IMG/VR virus record: IMGVR_UViG_3300044838_000061
Location: 10,483-74,482 of that record
From: a virus
Length of the DNA: 64,000 nucleotides
Direction: 5' to 3' (one strand)
The notes under the pieces are model-generated. The model saw only the letters and a list, made by a program, of their open reading frames with translations, was not told the origin of the DNA and ran no database searches. Below, piece after piece: positions 17,374 to 27,001 of the stretch (its first letter is position 1; every line of letters starts with the position of its first letter). The translations under genes and the position numbers were made by a program.

Positions 17374-17395
17374 GTGGCTCAGTGCTCCTTTCGCG

Positions 17396-18121
17396 TCACG
17401 GCTGGAACGTGCAGTTCGGGAGCGCTGCTCGAGCAGTGGCCCCGTAGGCCAGCCAGTTCTTCAGCTTCGCTGTGTCGAAGGCCGTGAACTGGTCGTAGAT
17501 CGGCACCGGCTCGTCGTCGTTGACGGCGTTGCCGAAGAAGTCGTACTCGAGGTTGTCGAACACCCCGACGATGTGCTCGGCCGTCTGGCCGGCGGTCGTG
17601 GTGGCGACGCTCACGGCCGGGGTGGTACCTCCGGTGAAACTCCCGGCCGCGGTCATCACCGCCTGCGGCAGGTTACCCAGGAGACTCTGGAAGGTGACCG
17701 TGACGGGGGTCGCCGGTAGGGCACCTCCGCCTCCGAGGACGTTCGCAGCGGAGGCGATGTTGGACAGCGCCACCAGCGCCGCCTGGACTTGCGCGGCGGT
17801 CGCGTTGTAGGGGATCGCGGCGGTCGTCTGACCGCTGTAGGTCAGGGTGAATGTGCCACCCGTGGGGGCACCCGTGATCGTGACCGTCTGGACGGCGTTC
17901 ACGTTCGTACCGAGGCCCTGGTAGACCTTGATCTTGGTCGGGTCGTTCGCGACCGACGGGGTCACGAAGCTGAAGGCGGGCACGTAGTAGAACCCGTTGG
18001 AGTCCGGCGACAGCGTGGTCGCGTCGAACACCATCGACTTCACATACTGGGTACCCGTGAAGCCGACGATGCACGTGTCGCGACCGACGACGCGCTGGCG
18101 GGTGATCTGTGAGGCGGGCAT
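17396..18121 (-). CDS. Head decoration protein with an inserted accessory domain
   Basis: Between scaffold and MCP; carries the same ITGAPTGGTF...IPYNATA.QVQAAL module as the major tail protein. Confidence 0.75.
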   Translation of the reverse strand: MPASQITRQRVVGRDTCIVGFTGTQYVKSMVFDATTLSPDSNGFYYVPAFSFVTPSVANDPTKIKVYQGLGTNVNAVQTVTITGAPTGGTFTLTYSGQTTAAIPYNATAAQVQAALVALSNIASAANVLGGGGALPATPVTVTFQSLLGNLPQAVMTAAGSFTGGTTPAVSVATTTAGQTAEHIVGVFDNLEYDFFGNAVNDDEPVPIYDQFTAFDTAKLKNWLAYGATARAALPNCTFQP

Positions 18122-18125
18122 CTAC

Positions 18126-20435
18126 TCAGCTCTCCTTCGTGGTCGAGAGGGTCAGGCCGACGGTCGACCCTGGGGCGACCTTCTCGGCCTCGGCGAGCCA
18201 CTCGTCGGCGGACGCCGGGCGGTCCTTGTTCTCCTTCTCCTCGACCTTGCGCTGGTCCTCGGCGTCGACCGGAGGACGACCGGAGATCGGGGAGGTCAGG
18301 AGGTCGGCGCGCTCGGCGAGCGCGAGCTTGCCGGAGTTGTCCACGGGGATCGCGGAGATGAGCGATTCGGCGATCTGGGTCGCCGTGTACTCCTTGGAGC
18401 CGGTCGCGTTCCCCTTCTCGTCGGAGAGGTTCAGCACGGCGGCGACCTCTCCATCGTCGGCGAGAGCGATCTCCTCGTAGCGGCGGCAGAATCCGGGCGG
18501 GAACTTCGCTTCCTGTAGCTCCTTGACGCGCGCCTCGACCTTCGTCTTGCGCGTCTCCTTGGTGACCTCGCCGAGCTGGGTCGAGAGGCGATTGTTGTCT
18601 TCGACGATCTTCTGGATGACGGACTGCTGCTCTTCGGAGAGTCCGAGCCGCTCCAGAACTTCTGACGTGGTGGGCTTCATGGCCCCTCCTTCGAGCGGGT
18701 TTCTGGGGTCTGGGGCGGTCGTCCGTTCGGCGAGTCCTAGCTCGCTCAGGATCGACTGCCCGTTCAGCAGGGAGGAGACCTCCTCCTTGTCTTGCGCTGC
18801 GTCCTCGTCGGTGACCCACTCCTTCTGGACCGGGGTCCAGGAGGCGAAGTCGGACAACGACACGCTGTCGCCGTCGACCTCGAGCGGGATCACCCACGCG
18901 TCCCTCGTCCCGTCGGGGTCGCCGTAACTGCAGCGGACGAGCGCTTTGGGGTCAGGGTTGCCAACGACGTCGAGGACGGTGAAGATCGGGTACACCTCGT
19001 CGGCCGACCCCATCTCGTCGAGGTGCGAGACGACCTGCGACGTGATGTCGTTCATCGAGAGCTCGCTCGCTCCCCACTGCACGTCGGCCAGCAGCAGGTC
19101 ACGGCGGTCGCGCTCGGAAAGACTCGTCGAGGCACCCACGAGAGAGCGAAGGTCGTCAGGTGGCTGTCCCCCGGACTGGCGGTAAGCGGCGATCAGCTTC
19201 CTGGCTGCGGCCTTCTTCTGGGAGAGGCTCGCGCCCTTCACCTGCTTGATGCGTCCGGCCGCCGCGACAACGCCCTTCGAGTTCAGCGTGCCGTCAGGCT
19301 CTCGGATCGGGAGCGAGTAGCGCTCCTTCGCGCCCTTGACCTCGGCCCCGCGGTCGAGCACGCAAGAGCGCGCCCACTGCTCATCGGTGAACCGCGACGC
19401 CGAGCCATCCCACGAGGAATCGGTCGCGTCGGCGAGGTCCGCGCGCCCGGGGCGCTCGGAGAGGAGCATCGGGACTACCTCGCGGTCGCCGAACTCGTCG
19501 CCGTCCAGCTCGCCATAGGGGGTCATGCCGGTCACCCACGGCCTGTTCGTCAGCGCGACGTGGTCGATCGTCTGGTCGTACGACTGACCGCTCTCGGTGT
19601 TGACGTAGTCGTAGACGATCCCGCATGAGCGGTTGGCGATCGTCCCGAGCTCGACCTTCTTGCGGACGTCCGGGTCGCGGAAGTCGTGGGCAGCGACGAG
19701 GACCTTCTCGCCGGGCCGCTTCTTGGAGTCGACGATCTTCAGATCCTTGATGAACCCGGTGTTGTCGAGGACCCCGTTGTCGTGATTCGTCGGGATCGTG
19801 ACGTGCTGGATCGCGCCGGCCTTGAAGCTGTCATAGAGGTTCTGGAGTCCGATCTCCTTACGCGGGTCTGACGCCAGTCCAGGAACGAAGACGAGCGGCT
19901 CATGCTTCTTCTCGCCGTTCGGTCCGGGGCGGGTCGCGAGCATCCCCGAGCGCAGGATCGGCGCCCAGATCATCTCGCGGTCCTCGTCGAGGTGGATCGG
20001 CTCGCCGAGTCCGTCACGGACGAAGACCTCGAGGCTGATCCCCTTGCCGCTCTGGTCGAGTTGAAGGATCGACGGGGAGTCGGACTGCGACAGTTGGCTC
20101 ACGTCTATTGCGGCGACACGAGCGGATGACCACTGCGCTCCGGGCGAGCCGCCCCAAAGCATGTCCTCGGCGGACTGAGAGTCGGACCCGGCGAGGCAGG
20201 GGCCGTCGTGCGCCGCGTGGTATGAGGCCATCTCCTCGACGTGCTGGTCAGAGAGCGGCTGTCCGGAGGCGACTCGCCGCCCGACGGCGACGGCGACTGG
20301 ATCCATGTCGCCAAGCGCGGACGCCTGCCGTACCCCGCGCTTAGCGACAGTCTTCATCGCCGACGTCGGAGTGTGCTTGTGGGTTGACAGCTCGGTGTGA
20401 GCGTTCGCGACCTGCTCTAGGAGACTCAGTGTCAT
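18126..20435 (-). CDS. Multidomain prohead protease/scaffold (Mu gpI-like protease)
   Basis: HVALTNRPWVTGM motif; coiled-coil scaffold at the C-terminus; extra domains (LWGG..G..W at the N-terminus and WDGSASRF...LPIREPDG). Confidence 0.8.
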   Translation of the reverse strand: MTLSLLEQVANAHTELSTHKHTPTSAMKTVAKRGVRQASALGDMDPVAVAVGRRVASGQPLSDQHVEEMASYHAAHDGPCLAGSDSQSAEDMLWGGSPGAQWSSARVAAIDVSQLSQSDSPSILQLDQSGKGISLEVFVRDGLGEPIHLDEDREMIWAPILRSGMLATRPGPNGEKKHEPLVFVPGLASDPRKEIGLQNLYDSFKAGAIQHVTIPTNHDNGVLDNTGFIKDLKIVDSKKRPGEKVLVAAHDFRDPDVRKKVELGTIANRSCGIVYDYVNTESGQSYDQTIDHVALTNRPWVTGMTPYGELDGDEFGDREVVPMLLSERPGRADLADATDSSWDGSASRFTDEQWARSCVLDRGAEVKGAKERYSLPIREPDGTLNSKGVVAAAGRIKQVKGASLSQKKAAARKLIAAYRQSGGQPPDDLRSLVGASTSLSERDRRDLLLADVQWGASELSMNDITSQVVSHLDEMGSADEVYPIFTVLDVVGNPDPKALVRCSYGDPDGTRDAWVIPLEVDGDSVSLSDFASWTPVQKEWVTDEDAAQDKEEVSSLLNGQSILSELGLAERTTAPDPRNPLEGGAMKPTTSEVLERLGLSEEQQSVIQKIVEDNNRLSTQLGEVTKETRKTKVEARVKELQEAKFPPGFCRRYEEIALADDGEVAAVLNLSDEKGNATGSKEYTATQIAESLISAIPVDNSGKLALAERADLLTSPISGRPPVDAEDQRKVEEKENKDRPASADEWLAEAEKVAPGSTVGLTLSTTKES

Positions 20436-21028
20436 GCCGCCTCCGACAGGTCGATCGACGGCGGCTCATCGAGTCCGATCAGGACGCGAAACACGTCGCA
20501 CTTCTCGCTCAGCGCGCAGAGGACGTCGGCGGCGTCAGAGAGGCCCTGGGAATGGTCAACCACGCCGAACTCAAGGTCGAGCTCGTCGAGCAGGCTTAGC
20601 GGACGCTCGTCGGAGAGCTTATGTCCGCCCCACGCCGGCGCGGCCCACTTGTCGGCCTCGCCGATGGCGACGCCGGGAGCGCCAGCATCAGGATGATCGG
20701 CGTGAGGTCCGCGCGGTGACCCGTGGCGCCACATCGCGTTCTGGCGGATTGCGTCCTTGAGAACGGCACAAAGACCCTTCGTCCTCGGGCCGAAACGCTT
20801 GAAATTGTCGGCGACGCACTGCGTCCAGGGGTGCGGAAGCTTCGCGTAGTGGCGAAGGAGGGACCGCAGGTAGCCCATCGTCCGGGGATTGGCCGTGACC
20901 GCGTGGTAGCGGTCGCCGGGGTTCTCACCGTGGATGACGTTCGCGAGCAGGAGGTCGAGGCGCTTGTCGATCTCCTCGTTGAGCACCCGCTCGCTGCGGG
21001 CGAGTGACGCCTCCGCGACGGTGGTCAC
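20432..21028 (-). CDS. Hypothetical head-associated protein
   Basis: PHPWTQCV...KGLCAVLKD...WR motif; coupled to the protease gene. Confidence 0.55.
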   Translation of the reverse strand: MTTVAEASLARSERVLNEEIDKRLDLLLANVIHGENPGDRYHAVTANPRTMGYLRSLLRHYAKLPHPWTQCVADNFKRFGPRTKGLCAVLKDAIRQNAMWRHGSPRGPHADHPDAGAPGVAIGEADKWAAPAWGGHKLSDERPLSLLDELDLEFGVVDHSQGLSDAADVLCALSEKCDVFRVLIGLDEPPSIDLSEAA

Positions 21029-21303
21029 TCCGTACCCCCGAGGCCGAGGTCCAAGGGCTCGCCTACGGAAAAAATGCAGCGGCAGGACTCAACGCGACCA
21101 GTACGGGGGTTCGGGACCCGAGCGCGGCACTTCATCACGACGTTCAGCTCGTTGGCGTACGCCTCCGGCCGGTCGAACACGAAGTACGAAACCTGGTCCT
21201 GAGTCGTTCCACAACGCGGACAACGCAGACGGTGACCCACGATGAGGGACTCGTGCTCGCTTGCGACGCCTCGCGGTCGCTGCGCTAGTGCTTCCATGAA
21301 CAC
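21025..21303 (-). CDS. Zinc-ribbon protein
   Basis: CPRC...KC...CRC. Confidence 0.55.
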   Translation of the reverse strand: MFMEALAQRPRGVASEHESLIVGHRLRCPRCGTTQDQVSYFVFDRPEAYANELNVVMKCRARVPNPRTGRVESCRCIFSVGEPLDLGLGGTE

Positions 21304-21391
21304 TAGGAAGCATCACGGAAGCTAGTTCATAAGAACATCCCCCCGACGGGCGGAAGCTACGTTCTTAGTAAGAAAACTCGACGGCGACGAG

Positions 21392-21619
21392 TCAGGCGAC
21401 TACCTGATCTGACGACGTGAGAATTCCGAGGGCGAATGCCTTCATCACCGCCTGCGGCAGGTTGCCAGCGTCGAGTCGCTCTCGAGCGTCGTCGAGCGTC
21501 GACTTGACGGTCCACGCCGACACGTCGCACCTCTCCGCGATCTGCGAGCGCGTGAGTCCCTCAGAGACGAGGACGAGGAATTCCCTCTGCCGGCCCGTGA
21601 GCTTGATGATCTCAGACAT
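21392..21619 (-). CDS. LuxR-type HTH regulator
   Basis: LTGRQREFLVLVSEGLTRSQIAERCDVSAWTVKSTL. Confidence 0.85.
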   Translation of the reverse strand: MSEIIKLTGRQREFLVLVSEGLTRSQIAERCDVSAWTVKSTLDDARERLDAGNLPQAVMKAFALGILTSSDQVVA

Positions 21620-21829
21620 CTCGCAGCCACCACGACCGGCGAAGATCCGGGAGGTCGTCCCACGCGAGCGCCGCCCCGACCGCGATGAGAGCCTCAGCGA
21701 CCAGTCGATTATGTACGTGGGCCGCCAGGTACACGCAGCCGACTCCGACTGCCCCGTGGTGGACGCGGACGAACCAACGCCTAGTCCCGAGGTACAGGCG
21801 TCGACGTCGTCGGTCGAGGCGAAGTCCGA

Positions 21830-22096
21830 TCACGCTGCGGCCTCACGGGGAGCGTAGTCGGGGACGACGACTCCGTCGCATACGAGCTCGTACGCGTCCA
21901 AGACCAGTTCGGCCTCGACCTCTCCTCGCGCTAGCGTCGAGCAATCCTCGACGACGACCCAGAACCGTGCAGTCACGATCGACGACCCGGAGATTCTCGT
22001 GTCGACGACCTCGAATAGCGACTCTCCGTCGGTAATCTTCGTGCCGACCGCGCAGCGGCGATCCTGAAGAAGGCGCGGTATCGGTTCCAAGATCAC
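21830..22096 (-). CDS. Hypothetical protein
   Basis: Part of a chain of 4-bp stop/start overlaps. Confidence 0.5.
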   Translation of the reverse strand: MILEPIPRLLQDRRCAVGTKITDGESLFEVVDTRISGSSIVTARFWVVVEDCSTLARGEVEAELVLDAYELVCDGVVVPDYAPREAAA

Positions 22097-22515
22097 GCCC
22101 TCTCTAGAAATGCGGCAGGGACGCGACTCGGAGCAGGCTCGTCGAGCGACGGCCCGCGCAGCCAGCCAAACTCCGCGTCGATGTAGTCGGTCGCCGCCGC
22201 TCTCAGGGCATCGGCGTCGTTCTCGCGCACAAGGTCGAAGATTCTGCGGAGATCCGCGCTAAACCAGAAGAAGCACCACTTCCCGAACGCGGCGTGTCCG
22301 AGGTGTGCCTCCTCCGGAAACGTCTCCCTCCACGAACGCTCGATGCGCTCGGCACACTCGATGAACGCCATGTCGACGGGGTCTATGTCGACGTACACCA
22401 CATCGCGACCTCGCGTACGAATGAGATCAACCACGACGTCCGCGCTGTCGCGTAGGTGATCTAGACCGTGGTCCTCCAGAGCGTTCTCGCGCCCACGCCA
22501 GAGAAGCCAAGTCAC
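22093..22515 (-). CDS. Hypothetical protein
   Basis: Stop/start overlaps at both ends. Confidence 0.55.
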   Translation of the reverse strand: MTWLLWRGRENALEDHGLDHLRDSADVVVDLIRTRGRDVVYVDIDPVDMAFIECAERIERSWRETFPEEAHLGHAAFGKWCFFWFSADLRRIFDLVRENDADALRAAATDYIDAEFGWLRGPSLDEPAPSRVPAAFLERA

Positions 22516-22880
22516 GAGTTGGCCTTGGCGTGACGCTCGTGGATAACGCGCAGGGGAACACCATGTCTCGGATGCTGTGAGAGCACGGGATGGTGATGCC
22601 AGCAGGTCCGGTGAGGAGTGCCCTCGACACGGTGGAAGCCGAGCCTGTGACAGGTTTCCTCATGGCACTCGAAGTGTGCGTGGAGGAAGCGGTGGACGGT
22701 GAGCGTGCCGGCGATGATCGCCACTGGTACCGTGATCTCGCTGACGTCAGATCCGATCCCGGACCACAGCTGATACCCCAGTCCTCCGAGCGGATGCCAG
22801 ATCCAAGCGGGTGCGACCGCGAGTCCGTACGCGAGGAGTCCGAGCAGGAGTCCAACGAGGACGACGTAGCGGCGAGTCAT
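22512..22880 (-). CDS. Membrane protein with a Cys/His-rich C-terminus
   Basis: Two hydrophobic segments followed by CHEETCHRLGFH...CWHHH. Confidence 0.6.
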   Translation of the reverse strand: MTRRYVVLVGLLLGLLAYGLAVAPAWIWHPLGGLGYQLWSGIGSDVSEITVPVAIIAGTLTVHRFLHAHFECHEETCHRLGFHRVEGTPHRTCWHHHPVLSQHPRHGVPLRVIHERHAKANS

Positions 22881-22917
22881 CGCTCAGGCAGAGGATACGC
22901 CTGAACTAGCTAACTTT

Positions 22918-23274
22918 CTAGGTTCTTCCTTCAAGGACGCTCGGTGTCGCCGCTAGCGCTCGTGCGAGGACGTAGAAGGCGCACTGCCAGACGACGCTGT
23001 TCCCGATCGCCTTGAGCTGCTGCGATCGAAGTTGAACACCGACAGCGACCCTCGGAGCGACATGAAGTGGCTCGTCGTCCCACCAGACCTGCGTCAGGAA
23101 CTCGTTGTGGACACGCGGATCAGACCACCATAGGGGCATCCCCATAAGCCAAGCGGTCCACGTAGGGTTGAGGGAGCCGTTGACACGGGTGACAAGGTTC
23201 TCGCCGCCCTCTCGTCCGGAGTTTCCGGGACCCTGGCTGCCGCTGGCGGCGCTGGCGGGGCGGTTTTCGCCGAT
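22918..23274 (-). pseudogene. C-terminal remnant of a C5 cytosine DNA methyltransferase
   Basis: In frame: GPGNSGREGGENLVTRVNGSLNPTWTAWLMGMP...PRVAVGV..RSQQLKAIGNSVVWQCA (motifs IX/X). An in-frame TGA lies upstream, and motifs IV-VIII are missing. Confidence 0.65.
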
Positions 23275-23333
23275 TCACGTCCCTCGCGCTCCCCGAAGGA
23301 AATCGGCTTGTCAGGGGAGCGACGAGCACGCTC

Positions 23334-23606
23334 CTATCTGCGATCAGACCACCGAGCTTGCCTCGGTCGCCCGAGAGAGTCGAAGCCGGGTCTACCCCGG
23401 TTTCTGATCGACGGACGACGAGGATCTTGAGGTCGTCTACTTCGGAAGATCGCGCGAATCACCATCGCCGCAGCCGTCCCGACGAAGATCAGCACAATCG
23501 CACTTAGGTACAGCACGATCACGGACATCACGACGAGGGCGTAGAAGGCGATGACGAACAGGTAGGCAAGGATGATCGTCAACAAGAAATCCTCATGTGT
23601 TGCCAC
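23334..23606 (-). CDS. Small membrane protein
   Basis: About 45-residue hydrophobic stretch followed by a basic tail. Confidence 0.5.
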   Translation of the reverse strand: MATHEDFLLTIILAYLFVIAFYALVVMSVIVLYLSAIVLIFVGTAAAMVIRAIFRSRRPQDPRRPSIRNRGRPGFDSLGRPRQARWSDRR

Positions 23607-23820
23607 CCCAAAACCGGGTAGCAGGAGCCACCCATCCGTCGCCTATGCGTCGCCGTCCCCAGCAAATCGCGTGCTTCTCGGTTCTCCTGCGTGCATGTTG
23701 GTGCGATTGTAAATACGCAACAAGCCAGTTGTCGCGGGGGCTTCTGCCCTCTAATGCGCGACATGACGGCGTGTCCTGATGAGCGCCCCCGGCAGGTGCG
23801 GCCACGCCGAAACCATCGGA

Positions 23821-24963
23821 TTAGCGGGCGAATCGTGCGGCATCGTCGGCGTCACCACCCTGATTCCCACCCACATCAACGGGTGCCTGCTCGAATGCGG
23901 CGCGGACCCGTGCTCGGACGCGGTCGCGGTACGGGTGGATGTAGACCTGCTCACAAACGCGCTCGCTGTTCCCGAGCTGCTCGGCGATGTCTCGCGCGGA
24001 GCATCCCCGGTCGGCGAGGAGCGAGCCGCAGAAGTGCCTCAGTTCATAGAAGTCGAGCTTATCAGCGAGGTCTAGCTCGAGCCGACGCGGAAGCCAGTGG
24101 GAGCGGTCGAGCTCGCGCGTGAATGCATCGCGGACCGGGCGCCAGTAGTAGCCCCACGAACCCTTGGAGAACGGCCTACCGTTCGGCGTGACGAACAACC
24201 ACTCGTCGTCTCGTATCGCTGTCGACTGGACAGCGTCGAGCGCCTCGGCCGGCACGACCGGCTCGCGCGAGCGCTTGGTCTTGGTGCGCGCCAGTCCATC
24301 GGGGCGCCGCTGTCGCTCGACGAGAACCGTCCCGGCCTCGAGGTCGAGATCGTCCCAGCGCATCCCGGCCAACTCGCCGGGCCTGCATCCGGTCCAGGCG
24401 GCGAACAGGATCACCGCGCGGAACGTCGCCCCGAACAGCAGTCCGTAGGACTCGACGGCGATCGCGCCGAGCCGCCGCACCTCGTCCTCGGTCAACGGCG
24501 TGATGTCCTGACGCCCCCTCCCCTCCGTAATGAGCTTCTCGAATGGGTTGCCAGCGCGGTAGCCCTCTAGGTAGCGAATGGCGTCGTTGAACATGGCGCT
24601 GGCGGTCTTGGCGACGTGGAGACGCTGCTCGACAACGCGCTTGGCCTCGGCCTTCGTGATCCGGTCGAGGCGGCGCTCACCAAACTCGGCGAGGAACAGC
24701 CTGAGGTTCGCCTCGTTGTGCCGGTTCGTGGTCACCTCCGGCCGCGGGTAGTCGACGAGCCAGCGCTGCGCCCACGACGCGACGGTCCCCGCGTACACGC
24801 GGCCCTGCTCGTGGAACTCACGCTCCGCCTCGACCTCCGCGTGGCGCGCAGTCCCCAACTCCGTGGCGGTGCCGCGCTTGGCGAACGTGCCGACGTAGAC
24901 CTTCCTGCGGACGGCCGGGGAGTAGACCGAGACCTCGAACTTCTTGCCACGCTTTCGGATCAA
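23821..24963 (-). CDS. int: Tyrosine integrase
   Basis: TGCRPGEL, KTK, FYELRH, LGNS and Y catalytic motifs; N-terminal arm-binding-type region. Confidence 0.93.
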   Translation of the reverse strand: MIRKRGKKFEVSVYSPAVRRKVYVGTFAKRGTATELGTARHAEVEAEREFHEQGRVYAGTVASWAQRWLVDYPRPEVTTNRHNEANLRLFLAEFGERRLDRITKAEAKRVVEQRLHVAKTASAMFNDAIRYLEGYRAGNPFEKLITEGRGRQDITPLTEDEVRRLGAIAVESYGLLFGATFRAVILFAAWTGCRPGELAGMRWDDLDLEAGTVLVERQRRPDGLARTKTKRSREPVVPAEALDAVQSTAIRDDEWLFVTPNGRPFSKGSWGYYWRPVRDAFTRELDRSHWLPRRLELDLADKLDFYELRHFCGSLLADRGCSARDIAEQLGNSERVCEQVYIHPYRDRVRARVRAAFEQAPVDVGGNQGGDADDAARFAR

Positions 24964-25190
24964 CTCGCCCTCCTCTCAAGCCAGTCCTCGACCTCGGATA
25001 GCTTGAACCTTCGGGAGCGCCCGTAGCGGTGTGACGGTAGACCTTCCTGCACTCGGTAAGCGATCCACCTCTCGGACATGCCAAGAACCTCGGAAAGCTC
25101 GACGGCTGTGAGGTAGCGTTCAATTCTTGCGCGGTCTGGGAAGGGGATGACCTTAGCGCCGTTCTTCTCTGAATCCACTAGTGGCGTCAT
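24960..25190 (-). CDS. xis: Excisionase-like HTH protein
   Basis: YLTAVELSEVLGMSERWI...GLPSHRYGRSRRFKLSEVEDWL; overlaps the int start. Confidence 0.8.
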   Translation of the reverse strand: MTPLVDSEKNGAKVIPFPDRARIERYLTAVELSEVLGMSERWIAYRVQEGLPSHRYGRSRRFKLSEVEDWLERRAS

Positions 25191-25717
25191 CGCTCACCCC
25201 ACCACTCGCGGATGCGTCCGAGCAGCCCGTAGCCATAGAGGGCGCGACGGCGCTGGAGGCCAGCCATGTAGCGATCCTGCGCCGCGATCATGGCCTCGAA
25301 CTCGCGCATTTGCCGCCGCCCGGCAACCTCGGCGAGGTCGCCCCCGGCGACAAACGGGTCCAGTCCCATGTACTCGGCATAAGCGAGCAGACAGAAATCG
25401 CGTTCCTCCTCGGTCTCTGGCTCGAATGCCTCACCAAAATGCCGCGCGTGGGTGTATTCCTCGCCGAGTCCTAGCGGCTCCATTGATCCCCGGCCGATAA
25501 AGGCGAACGGAACCAGCGCCCCCTCCAACGCTTTTATGCGGGCTCCGAGCGCGTCTGCGAGCCGGTCGAAGTCTGTCCGCGCGATGACCTCGATCGTCTC
25601 CCCCGGCACCGGCCCCGAACCACTAAGGAGGATGACTTCCAGTCCTCGATTCTTGACGTTGGAGATACCCCAGCGCCGCAGGCAGCCGCTTTGCTCGGTG
25701 TGCTGATCTCGACTCAA
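25187..25717 (-). CDS. Hypothetical protein
   Basis: Likely TTG start overlapping the upstream TGA; begins (M)SRDQHTEQ. Confidence 0.5.
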   Translation of the reverse strand: MSRDQHTEQSGCLRRWGISNVKNRGLEVILLSGSGPVPGETIEVIARTDFDRLADALGARIKALEGALVPFAFIGRGSMEPLGLGEEYTHARHFGEAFEPETEEERDFCLLAYAEYMGLDPFVAGGDLAEVAGRRQMREFEAMIAAQDRYMAGLQRRRALYGYGLLGRIREWWGER

Positions 25718-25973
25718 AACTGCCTCTTTCGCCCGGTGCCTTCGCACGGCCAGCAGGACACGACCTCACCGATGCCACCATTGGACGCCAAGATCACGTC
25801 TTGGCCGCTGCCCTTGCACTTCTCGCAGCGATCGGTCTCGGGTATGGCAGCGATCTGAGCGCGCCGCCATTTGGTCACGGACTTGTAGGGCGTGTCGCGG
25901 AGGTAGCGAGCGCCCTTGTAGCCGTTCTCCGGGCCGGGACTAACGACTTGCTCGGTGTTCTGATCTCGACTCA
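25691..25973. repeat. 26-bp direct repeat at the starts of two adjacent genes
   Basis: ttgctcggtgt[g/t]ctgatctcgactca at 25691-25716 and 25948-25973, with 1 mismatch. Confidence 0.9.
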
Positions 25974-25974
25974 C
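25714..25974 (-). CDS. Small protein with a DnaJ-type zinc finger
   Basis: CEKCKGSG...CWPCEGTG; begins (M)SRDQNTEQ. Confidence 0.65.
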   Translation of the reverse strand: MSRDQNTEQVVSPGPENGYKGARYLRDTPYKSVTKWRRAQIAAIPETDRCEKCKGSGQDVILASNGGIGEVVSCWPCEGTGRKRQF

Positions 25975-26797
25975 GAGCAACACACCGCCATAAGCAGCCG
26001 CACAAAACGGCCGTCCAGCGTCTCGATGTTCGCCCAGGAGGGCTCGCCCTCAGGATGTTCCAACAGGTCGCCGCGGCAGATTGACTCCCATGCTTGCTCA
26101 GGCGACCAGCCGACCGGGACCGGAATGGTGTGGACGCGCTTCACGAGTGGTCCTCGCAGAAGGACTCGATTTGCGCATCGACCTCTTGGCGGGCCTTACA
26201 CAAGGCGGCTACCGCAACGTCGCGACCCTCGTCGTCTAGCGTTGACTCAAGCGCCTCCAGCTCGTCCTCGTCGGCCATTGAGACGAGCACGAGCAAGACC
26301 TCCCACGCACCGTGATCGGTCACGCCGCCTCCCTGACCGTGAGCCAACCCTGCGCCGACGAGCAGACCGTCCTGGCGAGGCGCCCGGACACTTCAACCTG
26401 CGCCGTACCGCGAGAGAGGTCGACCGCGCGCACCAACTCGCGCTCCAGCTTCACCTCGCGCATACTCGTCGCCGACCCCCGGTGCTCGTAGGCCAGCAGC
26501 GCATCGCGACCGTCGCGCTCGGACATGTAGTAGACACCGGCTCTACCGTCCCCCACGTACCACAGGCTCACCGCATCCGGCAGATGCCTGAGGGCGCGCT
26601 TCTCCTTGCTCGTCATGATCCATCTCTTCATCGTCCTCTCTCTTCCTGCCCGTCGTAGTTTTGACGCGCGACACGAATCAGCGAGGGGCAGCGGGAACCA
26701 CCTGGCGATAGCGTCAACACCATCGTACATTTTCGCGCAAATTCCGTGCAGTAGTTTCCGCGGCAGACGTGGCTCTCGACCGTGACGTGATGTCCGC

Positions 26798-27001
26798 TTG
26801 GCGCTGAAACCAACCACCGTGCGCTTCACCCCCGACGCGCTCGCCGCCGTCCGCGAGGCATCCGAGGAGCTGGGGTGCAGCATCGGACAGTTCGTACGTG
26901 AGGCGGCCATAGCGCGAGCGATCCTCGTCGCGGAGCCGACCATCCCTCCTGCCGCTGTCCTACGGCTCATCGGGGAAGTCACGCGGCGCTCCTCGGGCTG
27001 A
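26798..27001 (+). CDS. Ribbon-helix-helix DNA-binding protein
   Basis: PTTVRFTPDALAAVREASEELGCSIGQFVREAA; lies opposite to the neighbouring genes. Confidence 0.6.
   Translation: MALKPTTVRFTPDALAAVREASEELGCSIGQFVREAAIARAILVAEPTIPPAAVLRLIGEVTRRSSG

Noticed and set aside
2775-20760. Many plus-strand and alternate-frame Arg-rich ORFs over the structural genes (likewise over 37-63 kb)
   Set aside because: Typical high-GC antisense artefacts overlapping well-supported genes.
23255-23330. Hammerhead ribozyme (CTGACAA-stem-GAAA on the minus strand)
   Set aside because: The core lacks G8 (CUGAnGA), and no stem I/III can be formed around a cleavage triplet.
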